The notes under the pieces: model-generated
The model's input: only the letters and a program-made list of their open reading frames with translations
The model's database searches: none
What the model was told of the DNA's origin: nothing
In this document: positions 17,050 through 27,466 of the stretch, piece by piece
Layout of the letters: every line of letters starts with the position of its first letter
How positions within the stretch are numbered: the stretch's first letter is position 1
Position numbers and translations under genes: made by a program
From: a bacterium
GTDB lineage: Bacteria > Hinthialibacterota > Hinthialibacteria > Hinthialibacterales > Hinthialibacteraceae
DNA length: 64,000 bases
Assembly: GCA_963662285.2 (NCBI GenBank)
Contig: CAXXMV010000001.1
Span: 672,001-736,000 of the forward strand
Reading direction: 5' to 3'

Positions 17050-18747
17050 TTATGGGATTTGCGGCGCTGCTATGGTTGGTCGCCTCATTGGCGCTATGTC
17101 TGAATTATCCAGTAGATATTGAAACATCAGATAGTCTACCAGTTCTTTGTAGGCGTATCCGATTTGATTTAGATTGTTTTGTGCATACCCGGTTACGAAT
17201 TTTCCGGCTTCTGCTACGCCCTTTTTCTTGAAGATAGTTTGCGCTTTTTTTTCAAATTCATTTTGTAGATTGAAATAATTCTCTTCTGCGGGTTCGAATA
17301 CTTGCTGGATATCTTTGATGATGTCCTGATAATTCAGGTTATTAGCGATACTGCTGGTCAGGCGAAAATTCCACTGGGTTTGATCGCGGTTTATTTTGGT
17401 GAAATCTGCGGGTTGATCCCAGGAATCAGGGAGATCGGTTACTCCGGCGTAGATGGGCGTGAAGCAGCTGGTGTGCGCCGGGCCATAGGCGAACCATAGA
17501 CAATTGCCGATAGAATCGGGCAGCCAATCTCTTAACTGCGCGACGAATACATATCCACTGGTGGGAGTGCATATAGACCTTTCAGGTTTGACGCCTAACA
17601 GGTCAAACAGTTCAGGCGGCCCCCAGGGACGGGCGAGGGGACTCTTTTTTCCATCAGGATTGAACGCTGGATTTTCGGTGATATCGAACTCTGTTCCCTG
17701 ATAATCATCTCTCATGATATCCATCAGCGTTTGAACCGATATGGATTTATCCGGTTTGACCGAAAAGGGATAGCGGTCTATCAGAGGGTCGCCAGTTGCA
17801 GGGAGGTCTAATGATGGAGCGGCCAGACTTAAGGCTCTCCATTCGCGCAGGGAATTATAATTACTGCCGGGGTTTCCATAGACTTCATACCAGACGAATG
17901 GTTCTCCCTTTTTCCATAAATCGTATTCTTCGGCTAGAGAGTATAGGTTTGGTGAAGCCATGAAGTGGTCTTTGTCTTTCAAGTTCACTTGACTGATCCG
18001 GCTGCGGTTGGCGCTGCATCCAACTTCTCCATCGGGGATTCTTTGAGCGCACCAGACGCCGCCCGGTTTTCCGCTTGCCGCGTTCCAGTTCTGACCAGGG
18101 CCGAAAATTTCCATAAGCCATGTTTCATTCCCGTCAGAAATAGGCAGCGCGACGCCTGCTTTGGGCGCCCGGTAATAGAGGAAGCCATATTGTTCGACCA
18201 TGGAACCGATGAGTTGAATAGCTTCGCGGGCGGTTTTGGTTCTCATCAAGCCATTGGCGATAAGCGAGGTTGTCCAATGATTGCTATTGGGGCCGACAAC
18301 TCCCTTTGGGCTGGCCAATACTGGTTTCATGGATATAAATTCGATGGCGATGTTCAGACCTAACTCGTTTAATCCACCAGTGGTCATGCTTTCTATATTG
18401 CCGCCCAGGATTATGCTTCGATAAGTCTGCTCGATTGGCAAGTAGCCTACAAAGTCATAGCCTTTTCTGATATTGGCCATATATTCACTGTGATTTGTGG
18501 GACGGGGTACATTCCAATACATAGGCAGTTTATGGCCTGCGGGATACTGCATGGCAGGCATGATGGATATGACGCCCATGACGTCGCCGTCGCACGAACT
18601 GCTCATCAGGACAGAGCCATCAATGGTGGCTTTTTTGCCAACCATGAGCGTTGTACAGGCAACGGCTTGCTGGATAATCCAGAGTGAAATTATTAGAATC
18701 ATAATAAATGTTGGAATTATTTTTATTCGGTAATTATTGATATTCAT
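17050..18747 (-). CDS. Peptidase family C69 (dipeptidase, Ntn-hydrolase)
   Basis: Signal peptide then ACTTLMVGKKATIDGS; TAREAI, WCAQRIPDG and YPFSVKPD motifs. Confidence 0.88.
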   Translation of the reverse strand: MNINNYRIKIIPTFIMILIISLWIIQQAVACTTLMVGKKATIDGSVLMSSSCDGDVMGVISIMPAMQYPAGHKLPMYWNVPRPTNHSEYMANIRKGYDFVGYLPIEQTYRSIILGGNIESMTTGGLNELGLNIAIEFISMKPVLASPKGVVGPNSNHWTTSLIANGLMRTKTAREAIQLIGSMVEQYGFLYYRAPKAGVALPISDGNETWLMEIFGPGQNWNAASGKPGGVWCAQRIPDGEVGCSANRSRISQVNLKDKDHFMASPNLYSLAEEYDLWKKGEPFVWYEVYGNPGSNYNSLREWRALSLAAPSLDLPATGDPLIDRYPFSVKPDKSISVQTLMDIMRDDYQGTEFDITENPAFNPDGKKSPLARPWGPPELFDLLGVKPERSICTPTSGYVFVAQLRDWLPDSIGNCLWFAYGPAHTSCFTPIYAGVTDLPDSWDQPADFTKINRDQTQWNFRLTSSIANNLNYQDIIKDIQQVFEPAEENYFNLQNEFEKKAQTIFKKKGVAEAGKFVTGYAQNNLNQIGYAYKELVDYLMFQYLLDNSDIAPMRRPTIAAPQIP

Positions 18748-18781
18748 ATTTATTTTCCTTGGAAGGGAATAAGTGGTTTTT

Positions 18782-18811
18782 GGTGGGTCGATAAGGCCGA
18801 CCCACCCTACG
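18782..18811 (-). repeat. GTAG-type REP family D (hairpin followed by CCTAC on + strand)
   Basis: Copies or variants at 16816, 16887, 18782, 20351, 23146, 23211, 30828, 45079, 47967, 50235 and 63457; opposite-orientation copy at 45003. Confidence 0.85.
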
Positions 18812-18906
18812 CTTAGGTGATTTTATATATTCCCCTCACCCTTTCCCTCTCCCGATGGGAGAGGAGAAATAATTTCGTTGGTGATAGTGTAGCAAAAGAT
18901 TCTTGA

Positions 18907-19575
18907 TTATTGGGTTCCTCCGCCGGTGCGGACTATGATTTCGCCGTTGGATAAGAGTCCATTGGTGGAATCGTAGGGGATGCCCCAGGTTCCATCATCC
19001 ATCTTGCGATCCGGGCCGTATCCCAGCAGCACCCATTCGTTGGTTCGCAGAGGACGGACGCCGAACATGTTGGTTTTGTTGTTCTTGGGATTGTATATCG
19101 GGACATAGAATCCGCCGATATCCGCGTCGAGAATTTCCAGGTCGCCATAGATGTACCAGCGGAAGTTAACGCTATTACCGCCGTGCTTTTCGACGCCCTG
19201 TTTTTCGATGAAGGGATCGGTGGGGATGGATGACATGTAGGAGACCGGCGTGGTCAATGGAGCGAAGACATCCAGGCTGGTGCGTTGGAGTTGATTACTC
19301 TGGAAACCGGCGCCGTTGAATGTTTCGTTGATTCGCTTGGTTCCCCATTCGTAGTCGTCGTCCCACAGATCGATCAGCATAACGCTTTTATCGGCGCGCA
19401 GCATTTCGATGGAGGTTCCCAGGTTCTTCATATCGGCGTAGCTGCGGGCGATTTTGGCGCGGATCTGGGCGTTGATGAAGTTGGGAACCGCGATAGCCGC
19501 CAGGATGCCAATGATTGCCACGACAATGAGCAACTCGATCAATGTGAATCCTCTATAACTGCGCTTATCATACAT
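18907..19575 (-). CDS. Prepilin-type N-terminal cleavage/methylation domain protein (pseudopilin-like)
   Basis: GFTLIELLIVVAIIGILAAIAVPNF; LTTPVSY...DPF and GYGPD...YDSTNG. Confidence 0.92.
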   Translation of the reverse strand: MYDKRSYRGFTLIELLIVVAIIGILAAIAVPNFINAQIRAKIARSYADMKNLGTSIEMLRADKSVMLIDLWDDDYEWGTKRINETFNGAGFQSNQLQRTSLDVFAPLTTPVSYMSSIPTDPFIEKQGVEKHGGNSVNFRWYIYGDLEILDADIGGFYVPIYNPKNNKTNMFGVRPLRTNEWVLLGYGPDRKMDDGTWGIPYDSTNGLLSNGEIIVRTGGGTQ

Positions 19576-19742
19576 AATGACTTAATTCCTGTTAGTATTG
19601 GATTGAATACAATGCCTTCGATAGATCATCCACTATTCATGGCATTAATTCAAGCAAAAAAGCAGCCTGCCATGCAACCTTTGGCCAGGTTGATGGGGAT
19701 GCAGAAGACGTATTTTGGTTAATTCAGGTCATGATTGACCCG

Positions 19743-20114
19743 TTATGCCAGTTTTCTGTTGCGCAAGAATTGGTTGAGACGCGATTTCTTTTTATTCTTG
19801 TCTGTGCTGCATGTAGAATTTGTGTTATTTGATTCAATATCTTTGAAAATGGTTGCGCCAGTGTTAAGCATGTTTTGTACGTCAGAGGATTTGTTCAGAC
19901 TCTGGTTGGTTTTTACAATGGCGCCGGGATTTTTCTTCATGATCATAATCCGGGTTTTGAGAGAAGAGCAGAACAAACGGAATAATGATTTTGATTCTTT
20001 CTCTTCGGGATTGAATTTTTTCTTCAGAGTATCAGCGATTTTCATGATACAGGCATCGAGAGCATCAAAGACTAACTGATCTAATTCGTTTGTGTTAGAT
20101 GTTGTAGAATTCAT
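19743..20114 (-). CDS. Hypothetical basic protein
   Basis: AGGAGA RBS and upstream sigma54 motif support this strand. Confidence 0.65.
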   Translation of the reverse strand: MNSTTSNTNELDQLVFDALDACIMKIADTLKKKFNPEEKESKSLFRLFCSSLKTRIMIMKKNPGAIVKTNQSLNKSSDVQNMLNTGATIFKDIESNNTNSTCSTDKNKKKSRLNQFLRNRKLA

Positions 20115-20172
20115 TTGTCTTCTCCTGATCTTATGATTATTGTTAACCGCTTAAAGCGTTGAAATGTTATAG

Positions 20173-20188
20173 TGCAAGATGCGTGCCA
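20173..20188 (-). promoter_or_regulatory. Sigma54 (-24/-12) promoter
   Basis: Minus strand reads TGGCACGCATCTTGCA, an exact match to TGGCACG-N4-TTGCW, about 60 bp upstream of the 20114 start. Confidence 0.8.
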
Positions 20189-20440
20189 AATCATGAACAT
20201 TTGTTTATTTGATTTATATCCATCATCCTGCGCATTTGTTGCTATTGGGTGATTGTGCTATGATTCAATGTTGGGTATATAAAAATATTTGGGGGTGGAT
20301 TTTTGGCTTTATCGATGGCAAGGGTGGTATTTTGTTGGGGGTGAATTTTTGGTGGGTCGGTAAGGCTGACCCACCCTACGCTAAGGTATTTGTATATATC
20401 AACCAGCGTAAATTAGAGATCATATTAACTAGGGAGTGTA

Positions 20441-21433
20441 ATGATGAAGAAATTATATGGCAGCCTTGTGTTACTATTTTTATTGTCCGGTTTAACTCAA
20501 AGCGTAGTGGCGCAACCAAAAATGGATATCAAAACCTTTCAGCATAATTTCGGAGTTACCTATCCTAACCAATTGCTGCATCATGATTTCGAATTCTCTA
20601 ACCTGGGCGATAAGCCTTTGATTATCACGCAAGTGACAACCACTTGCGGATGCACGGCGGCTGTTCTGGCGGCGACAACAATAATGCCAAGCGCAACCAG
20701 TATTGTTTCAGTTACCATGATAACCCGTTCACCCATTAAAAAGAGTGAATCGGCTACGCTTCATACCAATGATCCCATGCGTCCCAAAGTGACGCTGGCC
20801 ATTGAAGCCATGGTTCGCAATTTATGGTCATTATCACCCAGTCAATATTTCGTGTTTCCCGATCTTCCTTTCAATGAAGAAAAAAGTATAACTTTGATGT
20901 TAGAGAATGAAGATGAGAAGCCATTCAAGATATTGGCTACCTCGGTCATAGAGCCTGAATTATCCGTATCAGTGGGCGAATTCACAGGCAAGGGGTATCC
21001 CATTACTGTAACCATCAAAGCGGGAACCGAAAAGAAATATATCAACGATCAGGTCTTGATCCAGACAGATCACCCAAAGCAGCCCAAAGTAAGCATACAG
21101 GTTATGGGGCGTATTATTGGTTATATCAAGATAAACCGCAACCGGGTCTTTTTCGGTTCAATGCGAAAAGGCGAAACCAAGAAGATCGTGATTACCGCCA
21201 GTATGACGGATATAGAAAGCAAAAAGAAATTGGAAATTATTGAAGTGCAATCCGATTCCACGTCAATTACAGGGAAAGCAATCGGAACCCGCGGCGATGG
21301 CTTCTTGAACATCGAACTGACTTTCACGGCGCCGGATAAAGCCGGTTACACTACGGGAAACCTATCGTTACATACTAATATTGAAGAAGAGCGGGTCGTT
21401 ACGCTGCCATTTTCAGCGCTAGTGCGTAATTAA
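20441..21433 (+). CDS. DUF1573-domain (Ig-like) secreted protein, paralog 1
   Basis: Signal peptide; FSNLGDKPLIITQVTTTCGCT. Confidence 0.85.
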   Translation: MMKKLYGSLVLLFLLSGLTQSVVAQPKMDIKTFQHNFGVTYPNQLLHHDFEFSNLGDKPLIITQVTTTCGCTAAVLAATTIMPSATSIVSVTMITRSPIKKSESATLHTNDPMRPKVTLAIEAMVRNLWSLSPSQYFVFPDLPFNEEKSITLMLENEDEKPFKILATSVIEPELSVSVGEFTGKGYPITVTIKAGTEKKYINDQVLIQTDHPKQPKVSIQVMGRIIGYIKINRNRVFFGSMRKGETKKIVITASMTDIESKKKLEIIEVQSDSTSITGKAIGTRGDGFLNIELTFTAPDKAGYTTGNLSLHTNIEEERVVTLPFSALVRN

Positions 21434-21472
21434 AACCACAGTGGCGATGATAAACAATAAAGCAGGAGTTAA

Positions 21473-22465
21473 GTGATGAAAAAGTTTTATTGCAGTATTG
21501 CGTTATTAATTCTATTCGGTGGATTAACTCAAAGCGCATTGGCGCAACCGATATTTGATATAAAAAACACCCAGCACGATTTCGGGACGGCCTACCCGGA
21601 TCAAATGCTGCTCCATAATTTTGAGTTCGCCAATAAGGGTGACAAGCCTTTAATAATCTCTAAAGTAACCACTACTTGCGGTTGCGCTGCGGCCATCCTG
21701 GCGGCGACGACAATTATGCCAAGTGCGACCAGCATTGTTTCGGTAACCATGGTTGCGCATTCACCCGCGAAGAAGAGTGAATCGGCTTATCTTTATACCA
21801 ATGATCCCAAGAATCCTAAAGTAATGCTTGGTCTTGAAGCTTTGATCCGAAATATATGGTCATTTTCTCCAGATCAGTCTTTTAAGTTTTCCGACTTACC
21901 TTTCAATGAAGAAAAAACCATGACCTTGATGTTGGAGAACATAACTAAAACGCCTTTTAAGATATTGGCTACATCGGTGAAGGATCCAGGTTTGTCAGTA
22001 TCGGTGGGTGAATTCACCAGCGAGGGATGCCCCATTACAGTAACGTTGAAAGCGGGAACCGAAAAGAGAAATGTTACCGATCAAGTCTTGATTCAAACAG
22101 ATAATCCAAACCAGCCAAAGATAAACGCTCAAGTTTTGGGACGCGTTGTGGGATATATCAAGTTCGACCGTCAGACTGTTTTTTTCGGATCAATGCGAAA
22201 AGGCGCCACCAAAAAAATGGTCATTACCGCCAGTATGATTGATAATAATAGTATAAAAACATTTCAAATTTTGGATATTCAATCTGATTCCGACAATATT
22301 GAGGGGAAAGTTGTTGGAGTACGAGGCGACGGGTTGTTGAGCATCGAACTAACCTACACCGCTCCCAACAAGTCCGGTTACAGCCGGGGGCTTCTATCTT
22401 TCCACACTAATATTGAAGAAGAGAAGGTCATCACATTACCCTATTCAGCGCAGGTGCGTAATTAA
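21473..22465 (+). CDS. DUF1573-domain secreted protein, paralog 2
   Basis: Same length (330 aa) and collinear with paralog 1; TTTCGCA. Confidence 0.85.
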   Translation: MMKKFYCSIALLILFGGLTQSALAQPIFDIKNTQHDFGTAYPDQMLLHNFEFANKGDKPLIISKVTTTCGCAAAILAATTIMPSATSIVSVTMVAHSPAKKSESAYLYTNDPKNPKVMLGLEALIRNIWSFSPDQSFKFSDLPFNEEKTMTLMLENITKTPFKILATSVKDPGLSVSVGEFTSEGCPITVTLKAGTEKRNVTDQVLIQTDNPNQPKINAQVLGRVVGYIKFDRQTVFFGSMRKGATKKMVITASMIDNNSIKTFQILDIQSDSDNIEGKVVGVRGDGLLSIELTYTAPNKSGYSRGLLSFHTNIEEEKVITLPYSAQVRN

Positions 22466-22626
22466 AACATACTGAAAATTACGTTAAATACCCGGCATTA
22501 TAATAAGTAAAAGGTCATCCAAATTGTTTTGAATCGCACTAACCTTATACCAAGTGGTTGGATCAAGGGCTGACCGCAATGCAGTCTTGCCCTTGCCACC
22601 CATCAGCGCAGGTGCGTAATTAAAAC
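22445..22626 (+). repeat. 24-bp direct repeat (TCAGCGCAGGTGCGTAATTAAAAC) flanking a family-B repeat insert
   Basis: Identical copies at 22445-22468 and 22603-22626. Confidence 0.85.
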
Positions 22627-22647
22627 CTCATACATTCTGAAATTACT

Positions 22648-23112
22648 ATGATAAAAATATTTAAGCAGGCATCGTATATATTAATAATCTCAGTCATCCT
22701 GGGATTAGTGGTTAATGCTTTTTCGAGTAATCCCTTAAGTTTCATCCGTCCACTGGATACGCGTGAGACAGAATACGTCCCACTAAATGCGGATGATGTA
22801 ATGAAGCATATTGAAGAGGGAAGCGCCATAATTGTAGATGCCAGGGAAACTAAATATTTTGAGGAAGGCCGCTTACCGGGCGCCATAAACCTTCCCGCTC
22901 ATCAGTTCGGAGAGTATTTCGCTGAAATTGGAGAATCGCTGCCCCGTGATTATCCCCTGATTATTTACTGCCAGGGCAGCCCATGCGATGAGAGTTTAGA
23001 TGTGCTGGAAAATCTCAAGTTATTGGAATTCGAGAAACTATACCTATATCCCGGCGGATGGCAGGAATGGACTAATAAGGGTTTAATGGTCGAATCTGAT
23101 CAAATGCCTTGA
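22648..23112 (+). CDS. Rhodanese-like domain protein
   Basis: IVDARE, GRLPGAINLP, IIYCQG and YPGGWQEW motifs; N-terminal TM segment. Confidence 0.9.
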   Translation: MIKIFKQASYILIISVILGLVVNAFSSNPLSFIRPLDTRETEYVPLNADDVMKHIEEGSAIIVDARETKYFEEGRLPGAINLPAHQFGEYFAEIGESLPRDYPLIIYCQGSPCDESLDVLENLKLLEFEKLYLYPGGWQEWTNKGLMVESDQMP

Positions 23113-23282
23113 TGTGGTTGATTTCAACAACGGGTATTCAACATCGGGCAACCATGAAGGATTGCCCCTACGGTATTGGGGGAGAGGTTTGATACCGGGG
23201 GTGGATTTTTGATGAGTCGGTGAGGCGTGATCCACCCTACGCTTTGGTGGATTATTGTTTTAGGGTGTTTTTTTTGATTGCT

Positions 23283-24671
23283 TTAATGTACTACCTGTTT
23301 AAGGAAGAGGTCGTACATGCCGTCGAATTTGGGGCTGTCTTTTTTGGTGTGACATTGGGCGCATAGTTTTTTGTCTGGCGTACGGCGGATGATCCCCAAG
23401 CCGTATTCATCTACATGCTTCTTGCCCGGTCCGTGGCAGGTCTCGCATTGCACATGGAATAAATCTTTGGATAATGGTTGAAACTTGAAACCCTTTTTAT
23501 GTCCGAATCCGGTGACATGGCATTGGGCGCATTGCGGCGCCCAATGGCGATTGACATTCAATAATTGGTTATAGGTGTAGGAGTGTTTGGTTTTCCGCCA
23601 TTGTTCGTATTGTTCAATATGACAATTCTTACATGTTTTGACTCCCATATAGCCATTGTAAGCATCCTTTTCCATATCCAAATTCATAAGCACTGGAACT
23701 GTTGTCAACTCCAGTTTAAGTTCGGAAGTCATCGCTGCATAAGAATTGTTCAGAAACTCGCGCATGGCGGGATTAGCGTATTGTCCGGGATTAAGAGATA
23801 CGCGGTTATAAGCGGGATTAACGATTCCTACGCCTTTCACAACATCGAATGTTATTGCACCCAGCGCCCGGCCTTTTGACGGAGCGTTAGCCAGGTAGCA
23901 ATCACCGACTTTTTCCAGTTTGACGCCGAAATCGAGTGCAATAACCAGGTCAATTTTCGGCCCCTTATAGTTTGACAGCCATTGTTTGGCGATAGGAGGC
24001 GGTTCGTGAGCGAGCAGAACCACAGCATCCACTTTTTCTATGGAACGTAATTTTTCAACTGCTGGAGTAATGCTGGACGTTGCTGGCGTGAAAACAAATT
24101 CCTGATTTACACGAAAGGTTTTTGTTTTAAGCGAAGAAGCGCCGATGATTCCAATCTTCACACTACCTATTTCTTTAACAATGTATGGATGAATCCAGTC
24201 AGGGGAATCTTTGATATTAGCGCCCAGTAATAATTCCCGCGCCGGAAGGTTCGACTTAAAGAACTTTGAGCCGAACATTAGATCATCTGATCCAAGCAGA
24301 ACCGCGTCGTAATTCATCATATTCATGGCAGCCAGATTGACTGCGCCGATGGCTGAATCAACTTTATTTTCATTAGGAAGGGAAAAATTGGACTTAGCGT
24401 TTTTTTTAATATCGGGCATAAAACCGCCTAAATCGACCAAGAGAGAATGGGGATTCATTTCCCTGGCGCTTTCCATAAATCCAGCACGCGCTTCAAGCCC
24501 TCCTTCGATAGAGGCGCAGCCGCATTGTTCAAAAAGGCTCTTGGTTTTGCTGGTGGCATAGATAGTAACTGTCTCGGACCATACGCATTGAATTAGGGAA
24601 AACATACAAAAAACCATGATGTAAAGATGACGCATATTAAAAAAATCCTGCTTGTTTGGAGTGGATGACAT
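23283..24671 (-). CDS. 5'-nucleotidase/metallophosphoesterase-like domain fused to tetraheme c554-like cytochrome
   Basis: CGC...GGLEARA, VDLGG and MNYDAV motifs; four CxxCH motifs (CKNCH, CAQCH, CETCH, CAQCH). Confidence 0.85.
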   Translation of the reverse strand: MSSTPNKQDFFNMRHLYIMVFCMFSLIQCVWSETVTIYATSKTKSLFEQCGCASIEGGLEARAGFMESAREMNPHSLLVDLGGFMPDIKKNAKSNFSLPNENKVDSAIGAVNLAAMNMMNYDAVLLGSDDLMFGSKFFKSNLPARELLLGANIKDSPDWIHPYIVKEIGSVKIGIIGASSLKTKTFRVNQEFVFTPATSSITPAVEKLRSIEKVDAVVLLAHEPPPIAKQWLSNYKGPKIDLVIALDFGVKLEKVGDCYLANAPSKGRALGAITFDVVKGVGIVNPAYNRVSLNPGQYANPAMREFLNNSYAAMTSELKLELTTVPVLMNLDMEKDAYNGYMGVKTCKNCHIEQYEQWRKTKHSYTYNQLLNVNRHWAPQCAQCHVTGFGHKKGFKFQPLSKDLFHVQCETCHGPGKKHVDEYGLGIIRRTPDKKLCAQCHTKKDSPKFDGMYDLFLKQVVH

Positions 24672-24956
24672 GAAAACCTATGTAATATCGTTTATCTTAA
24701 GATGTATAAAAGTCGCCCTCACCCTAGCCCTCACTCCCGGTGGGAGAGGGGAATTGTTTTCGGGGGTGAATTTTGCTGGGGGTAGATTAGTCTAAGCACA
24801 ACCCCCTCTAACTCCCCTCAGGCTTGGGGGGAGAATTCTATCACCAATGTTTTGTATAAAGCATAGTTATTTCTTATCTATCCATATAGTTTATAATTAC
24901 AAATGTAATTATAAACCAATACTAAGAGAATGTTGAGAAGCGTCTGGGGTAGGATA

Positions 24957-25796
24957 TCAGCGGGCTATTTCGACTACCTGTCCGGGGTAATGCTGGATAG
25001 AGATGGGTTTCTCTCCTATAAGCGACCAACGCTGTTCGTTCGCTCCGGCTTCTTCGATGGCGCGTTCATAATCGTGATCGGTGAAACCATAATCCAAGGC
25101 GCGACCTATATTTGCCGATGGGAGGAATCCGACATTAGATTTTTCCTCTTCATTAACGAAAAAATAGCATTGCAACTGTTCTTTACCGCTGATATATAGG
25201 CTCAAGTTCCTATCGACGCTGATATCCAAAACATAATCGATCTGCGCCGCTTCGACTTCAGCGCAAGGGGTACGATGATGCAGCACCATGTGGGCGCGGT
25301 CGCCATCAGCTTGAGTGAGTCCATAAACATAACAACGCGCCCCGGGGAAATATTGCAGAAATTCATGCGCCCGTGGAGATGAGATAGCAATCTTATATAT
25401 TTCTTTGGGATTAATTTCTACACGCCGTTCTTTTGATCGCTTGCGCCCGACAGACATTGTTGGAATAATGACGCCAACAAATACCGCAATGCCCATAGTA
25501 GGCCATAGCGGAGTATCGAACCAATAACATGGGATAGTCACCAAAATTATTACGGTCGCCGCCATAGCGATATATTTATCCTTGGCCAGCGAGGCGGGAG
25601 TTCTTTTATCCCAATTCAGCAGCATATCGATGGGCCACCAGAAGAAGATAAAACCAAGCAGCGTGAAATATATCTTGTAATATATCGAGGGAATTTCAGG
25701 CATTAAATTGCTAACCTGAAGGATTATGCTCATGAAGAACATGAAGACCGATAATCCTATACAAATAAGTATTATGTTTGGAGACAATCTAATCAT
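24957..25796 (-). CDS. Hypothetical membrane protein (4 TM plus soluble domain)
   Basis: Four hydrophobic N-terminal segments. Confidence 0.7.
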   Translation of the reverse strand: MIRLSPNIILICIGLSVFMFFMSIILQVSNLMPEIPSIYYKIYFTLLGFIFFWWPIDMLLNWDKRTPASLAKDKYIAMAATVIILVTIPCYWFDTPLWPTMGIAVFVGVIIPTMSVGRKRSKERRVEINPKEIYKIAISSPRAHEFLQYFPGARCYVYGLTQADGDRAHMVLHHRTPCAEVEAAQIDYVLDISVDRNLSLYISGKEQLQCYFFVNEEEKSNVGFLPSANIGRALDYGFTDHDYERAIEEAGANEQRWSLIGEKPISIQHYPGQVVEIAR

Positions 25797-25893
25797 GATA
25801 GTGTAAAATAAACGTATGAAATCGATTTTTGTTACTAAAAGATTTTTTTTACTATTCCGTAATATACTAATAAATCATTAAATAATAATCTTT

Positions 25894-27222
25894 ATGAGGA
25901 TAATAATGGATTTAGAGCATGATCGTCAATCAGTAATGACCAAAACTTCATTTAATTGGAGCGACAGGTTCTCTGAAATCGCTCAACGGACTGCGCCCCC
26001 ACAGATAAGCTGGCTTATGGCGCAAGCCTTGGAAACTCCGGGGCTTATCTCTTTGGCGGCAGGTTTTGTTGATCAAAAATCTCTGCCTCATAAGCAAATT
26101 GCTGAAGTGATGCGGCAAATGTTACTCGATCCTCACAGCGGTCAGGCGGCTTTGCAATATGGCACGACTCAGGGCGACCTGGATTTGCGCACCCTTTTGG
26201 TGGATCACTTAAGAGAGGAAGACGCTTTTCACCCGGATGCACAGATTTCCCCTGAGCATTGCATTATTGGTTCAGGATCGCAACAGATTTTGTATCTGGC
26301 GGCGGAAGCATTGTTGAATCAAGATGATATCGTATTGATGGAGGCGCCAACCTATTTTGTGGTATTGGGCGTTTTTCAATCACGCGGAGCGCGTACGGTC
26401 GGCATTGATACAGATAAATACGGGCTGGTTCCAGAAAAATTAGAGCAATGCCTGGAGACGCTTAAAATTGCGGGTCAATTATCCCGCATTAAAATGCTTT
26501 ACCTGATGTCTTACTCGACTAATCCACTGGGCGTCACGCTGACGCAGGAACGGCGCAAAGCCATTTTCTCTATACTGCAACGTTATAAAGATGACGGTTT
26601 TCCCATTCTTTTAGTGGAGGACGCCGCATATAAAAGGCTGGTTTTTGATGATGATAGCCCGGTTCCTATAAAATCTGATGACGAAGATAATGATCAGATT
26701 CTATATACCGAGTCGTTCTCAAAATCACTGTCTCCCGGATTCCGTCTGGGGTTCGGCATAGGGCCAAAATCATTAATCGATAAAATGACTGACTTGAAAG
26801 GCAATCATGATTTCGGCAGCGGTAATTTCGCGCAACACGCCCTGAAATCAGTGATTCAATCGGGATTATTCGACCGTCATCTGGATATCATCAAGCAAAT
26901 TTACCACCAGAAACGCGATGCGGCGTTGGAGACGCTCAAGCAACATTTCCCGGCGGACGCCAGGATACTGCACCCTAACGGGGGATTGTATATCTGGATC
27001 ACTCTGCCCGATCACCTGGACACCGGCCCCCAGGGAGAGATTTTCAAAGCGGCGCTGGAAGAGAAAGTTCTCTACGTACCGGGCTGTTTATGCTATTCGC
27101 CGGACCGCCCTGAATCGCGCAGATCATCTTCTATACGTTTATCTTACGGCATGATTGATCAAGAACCATTGCGCGAAGCCTGTATACGTTTGGGGAAGGC
27201 TTTACAGAGGTTTGTGGGGTAG
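25894..27222 (+). CDS. PLP-dependent aminotransferase class I/II (2-aminoadipate transaminase-like)
   Basis: LQYG, MEAPTY, NPLG, EDAAY and SFSKSLSPGFRLG motifs. Confidence 0.92.
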   Translation: MRIIMDLEHDRQSVMTKTSFNWSDRFSEIAQRTAPPQISWLMAQALETPGLISLAAGFVDQKSLPHKQIAEVMRQMLLDPHSGQAALQYGTTQGDLDLRTLLVDHLREEDAFHPDAQISPEHCIIGSGSQQILYLAAEALLNQDDIVLMEAPTYFVVLGVFQSRGARTVGIDTDKYGLVPEKLEQCLETLKIAGQLSRIKMLYLMSYSTNPLGVTLTQERRKAIFSILQRYKDDGFPILLVEDAAYKRLVFDDDSPVPIKSDDEDNDQILYTESFSKSLSPGFRLGFGIGPKSLIDKMTDLKGNHDFGSGNFAQHALKSVIQSGLFDRHLDIIKQIYHQKRDAALETLKQHFPADARILHPNGGLYIWITLPDHLDTGPQGEIFKAALEEKVLYVPGCLCYSPDRPESRRSSSIRLSYGMIDQEPLREACIRLGKALQRFVG

Positions 27223-27413
27223 GGATTTAGTTTGAATCTGGATACGCTGGATTTATTGGATTTTTTGGTTGCGAAGTTATTGTAGATACATCCTTCATTG
27301 GCAATGTCATTAAGTTAAGGATTTTTACCCTATCGTTGGTGGTTTGATCAAGGGTTGACCGCATTGCAGTCATGCCCTTGGCACCCGGCAGGATGCTTAT
27401 TACCAAGAATTAT

Positions 27414-27447
27414 AAAGAAGAGGAAGAATAGGTTCTCCCTCTTCTTT
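27414..27447. terminator. Hairpin/terminator between convergent genes
   Basis: AAAGAAGAGG...CCTCTTCTTT inverted repeat. Confidence 0.6.
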
Positions 27448-27466
27448 GAATTAACTTAAAAGAGAA

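Noticed and set aside
20209-20547. 112-aa ORF
   Set aside because: Runs through a REP and G/T-rich intergenic DNA and overlaps the DUF1573 gene
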